DNA of 63,219 nt, counting the filler, from Basidioascus undulatus (lineage: Eukaryota): assembly GCA_000826855.1 (NCBI GenBank). It is 7 parts of 7 records of this genome, joined end to end, with 100 filler letters (N's around TTAATTAATTAA, not from the genome) between each part and the next. Parts side by side here need not be neighbours in the genome. Positions count along the whole stretch, not along the records: positions 36,600 to 63,219 come from JTLS01000183.1; 6 more parts are not named here. One strand, written 5' to 3'. The notes below the pieces were generated by a model. The model had not been told where the DNA came from. It did not search any database and worked only from the letters and a program-made list of their open reading frames with translations. Shown piece after piece: positions 60,481-63,219 of this stretch. Within the stretch, counting starts at the first letter, position 1, and every line of letters begins with the position of its first letter. A program made the position numbers and the translations under genes.

Positions 60481-61527
60481 TTAAAAATCTACAGGGCGTG
60501 GGGGAAGGGAGGCATTGAGGTGTGGAAGGGGTGTGGCGGGGTTTTCGCGGTCTGTATATCCCGCTCCGACGCGTTAGCAAGTTTGCGCCTGCAGAGCATT
60601 TAAGGGAGGGGGTCAACGAACAGGATAGACGCGTCACTGGGGGCAACAGGGCGCGTTTAAGGCGAAAGGAAAAATGGGACGGTGAGGGAAAGAGGGAGTG
60701 GGCGAAAGCGGCGTGGGCGAACACGCCTTAACTCGCGTCCCCCGCTTCTTGCTTTGCTTCTTTCTGACGACGACTTCAGCGCGCTGGATGCGTTTTTCGA
60801 TTGCCTCTGTCTGACGCGCCCGAGAAGCTTGAAACAGTGCGCCTGTGTTCGCGACTGTGGGAGTCTGACAGGTTTACTTGAGAAGGGACGTTCGACAATG
60901 AGGTGGTAGGTTGAGCGTTCAAGTTGAGCTTGAAGCTTTCACGCTGCGGGACCAAGATGTACGAGGATAATTTGACGGCCGCCCGTGTCACGTTCGTTCG
61001 ACAGCGGTTGCTAGAAGGAGGAGAGAGGCGCGCTTTGCTTGCGAAGTTGCGGGGTTCTGCATATATGTTGATGACATTTGAGGATGCACCTTTAAAAAGG
61101 AGTTTATAGTCTGTGGTGAAGAGTACGCATTAGGACTATCGACTCAAAAGGCATTGCGAAGTAGAGTCTACCATTGATGTCGCGATGTTCGGTCGCAGTC
61201 GGGCATTGTGACCCATGATCCCCGGCTTGTAAGCATCAAGTCAATGGCAAATTGGCCAAAAGAGAGCCCCGTTAATCTTGTTTCGTCAACGAGTTGCTCC
61301 CAAGAGATGCAACCGCGTCCTCCTCCTCCTGCGTCTCACGTTACAGCCAGTCGTGTTCCTGCTCGCTGGTAAGCGAGTAGACTGCACTCTTTCGGTCATA
61401 GCGGCTGCTTGTCTGCAACACCTCAAGGGATACTTTCTCCATATGCGGTGTGATAGCCGTCTTGGTCTCGCATCACAATGCAAGCGAGTTCCAAACGTTG
61501 CATGCAATATTACGCGGTCCGTAGAGT

Positions 61528-63219
61528 CTATGCGAGTGAATCCCAGAGTATGCAATGCGGCGGTGGGGTATGTGGGTAAGGTGGTGACGCGAGATGGGTA
61601 TGTGATACGTTTCCAATAAGTGAAGCAGGCAGTGGAGGGGACGAAAAGAAGAGATCCGAGTCGAGGAGCAGCACGCGGCCCGCGGCGGCCACCCGCCGCG
61701 CCTCGAGCAGGGCGATCAGGCCCGCGCTGCGCTCGCGCTGGGCGAAGATGAGCCCTGGTTTGGTCGGCGCGCGGGGACAGGAGGAGGAGGTGTGGGATGA
61801 GGACGATGGAGGTTGGGAGGAGGACCAGGGGACGGTCCAGCCTGAGCCGAGCAGGAGCGCGTCGAGCGAGTGGACGATGGTTAGAGGGGTGGAGGGGTCG
61901 ATGTTTCGGAGGCGGGAGGGTGAGGGCGGAGGGGAGGTGAAGTGTAAGAGGGCTTCAGAGAGTCGGGGGAGGGGCCGAGGGCGGATGGAACGAGGTTCCG
62001 AGGTGCGCGTGGGAGAGGGAGCAGGTCGCGCTGACAGCGGCGGTGGTGGAGGAGGCGCGCGGAGAAGAGCAACAGTAGGAGTGAGGCGCGTAGACGCGAC
62101 GCCGGGCGGACTCTTGCGATGTCGCACTGGACTGGGAGAAGATGGGGCGTGCTCCTGCCTCCGGCGAGCCCGTTTCCGGGATGGCGACGACGGCGCAGTG
62201 TCGTCGTCGTCTTCTGGGCCGAAGGCAATCCCTAAATCCTCCGGGTGCGAGCTAGCGCGTTTTCGCGGCGGTGGCGAGAATTGTGCTGCATGCGCGACGG
62301 CGGAAGGAGGGGGAGGAGGACTGGACGTCCGCGGCAGCTGGTGCTGTACGTTAGTGACCGACTTGAGGCGCTTCACCCTGGGCGAAGGCGAGGACGATGA
62401 GTAGGCCTGCTGCGCTTCAGGAGCAAGCTGTGCAGGTCGAGGAAGCTGAAGAGGCAGCGACGCCTGCTGGCTCTCCTCGGTCTCCCTCGCCGGGTCAAGG
62501 CGCAGCGGGCGCCCGCGCTGGCGCGCCTCCTCGCCGTCGACGAACTGGAGGCGCTCGACCCAGTACGCCCGGACGCGGTTCCACGCTGATGCGGACTCGG
62601 TCGCCTGCTGCGACGGCGTGCGGAAGAGCGCGGCGATCTCGTCGTCGATCGTGAGCGCTGAGGAGGAGACGGCGTCGTGCGCGAGGCGCTGCAGCTCGGA
62701 GAGGTCGATCGCTGATGAATGCAGCGGGACAGTCAATGTGGGCAAAGAAACGGCTCAGAATGCCGGGCACGCACCGCATGTCCAGCACCGCTCGGACGGC
62801 CGGTAGACTTTGGTGATGCGCGGGAAGCGGAGCTCGTAGTACTGTCAAAGGCGTTTCACTTGTCAGCAACGGTTCTCTCGGAGAAGGGCCAAGAAGCGAC
62901 AGACCTTGCACCCCAGCCTCTTCGTAAACGACGCGCCCATCAGCTCAAACACGAGCGGCTTCTCAAACACGATCTGCGGCGGCGTCAGGCCCTTGGCAAC
63001 CTTGAACGTATATGAGAGTCCCTGGATCCGCTGCTCAATGTTGCTCTTCAAGTATTCGCTCGCTGATCTTAGGGAAGACAGGTGTCCAACGCACCTGCTG
63101 GTCGTTCTGCCTGAAAGGATGGTACTTGATCGTGAAGTTCAGGTCGTCCAGCTCTTTCCGGCTGAGGCCGTACGAGACGTCGAAGAGGACGCGGAAGCGC
63201 GGGCGGGTTGCGCGCTGGC
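61528..63219 (-). CDS. Fungal ATP-dependent DNA ligase-like protein (OB-fold C-terminal part), 5'-partial
   Basis: RPRFRVLFDVSYGLSRKEL, PLVFELMGASFTK, YYELRFPRITKVYRPSERCW (ligase motif VI) and IDLSELQRLA, then a long P/S-rich tail. The exact 3' end is uncertain. Confidence 0.82.

Noticed and set aside
1..63219. Prokaryotic-style systems (CRISPR, operons, defence islands)
   Set aside because: The sequence is spliced eukaryotic DNA; no arrays or such genes were seen.

Overview
Eukaryotic, intron-rich, GC-rich fungal DNA. It is most likely a basidiomycete, judged from GTGCGT/GTGAGT donors, CTGAC branch sites and protein motifs; the taxon is an inference. The window is not contiguous: seven contigs are joined by identical 100-nt N-TTAATTAATTAA-N spacers. 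Recognisable core genes are SNU71/RBM25-like, a SIT4-associated SAP protein, a PCL-type cyclin, SHE4/UNC-45, APN2, a JJJ1-like J-protein, PRP40, ZW10/DSL1, a fungal ATP-dependent DNA ligase and tRNA-Gln(CTG). They are interleaved with decayed sequence: a LINE relic, a MITE-like inverted repeat, several broken F-box/LRR-like paralogs, a disrupted DUF6533-like membrane protein and a CpG-eroded RCC1 pseudogene. The most notable observations are (1) a JJJ1-type J-protein whose zinc-finger tail is replaced by a multi-transmembrane tail, (2) an RCC1 copy with a sharp CpG-deamination boundary, (3) a PWWP-less TFIIS-N-like domain gene, and (4) two truncated genes colliding at about 2020, probably a misassembly. 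I found no evidence for a multi-gene novel system. Family assignments come from recalled motifs, not database searches.
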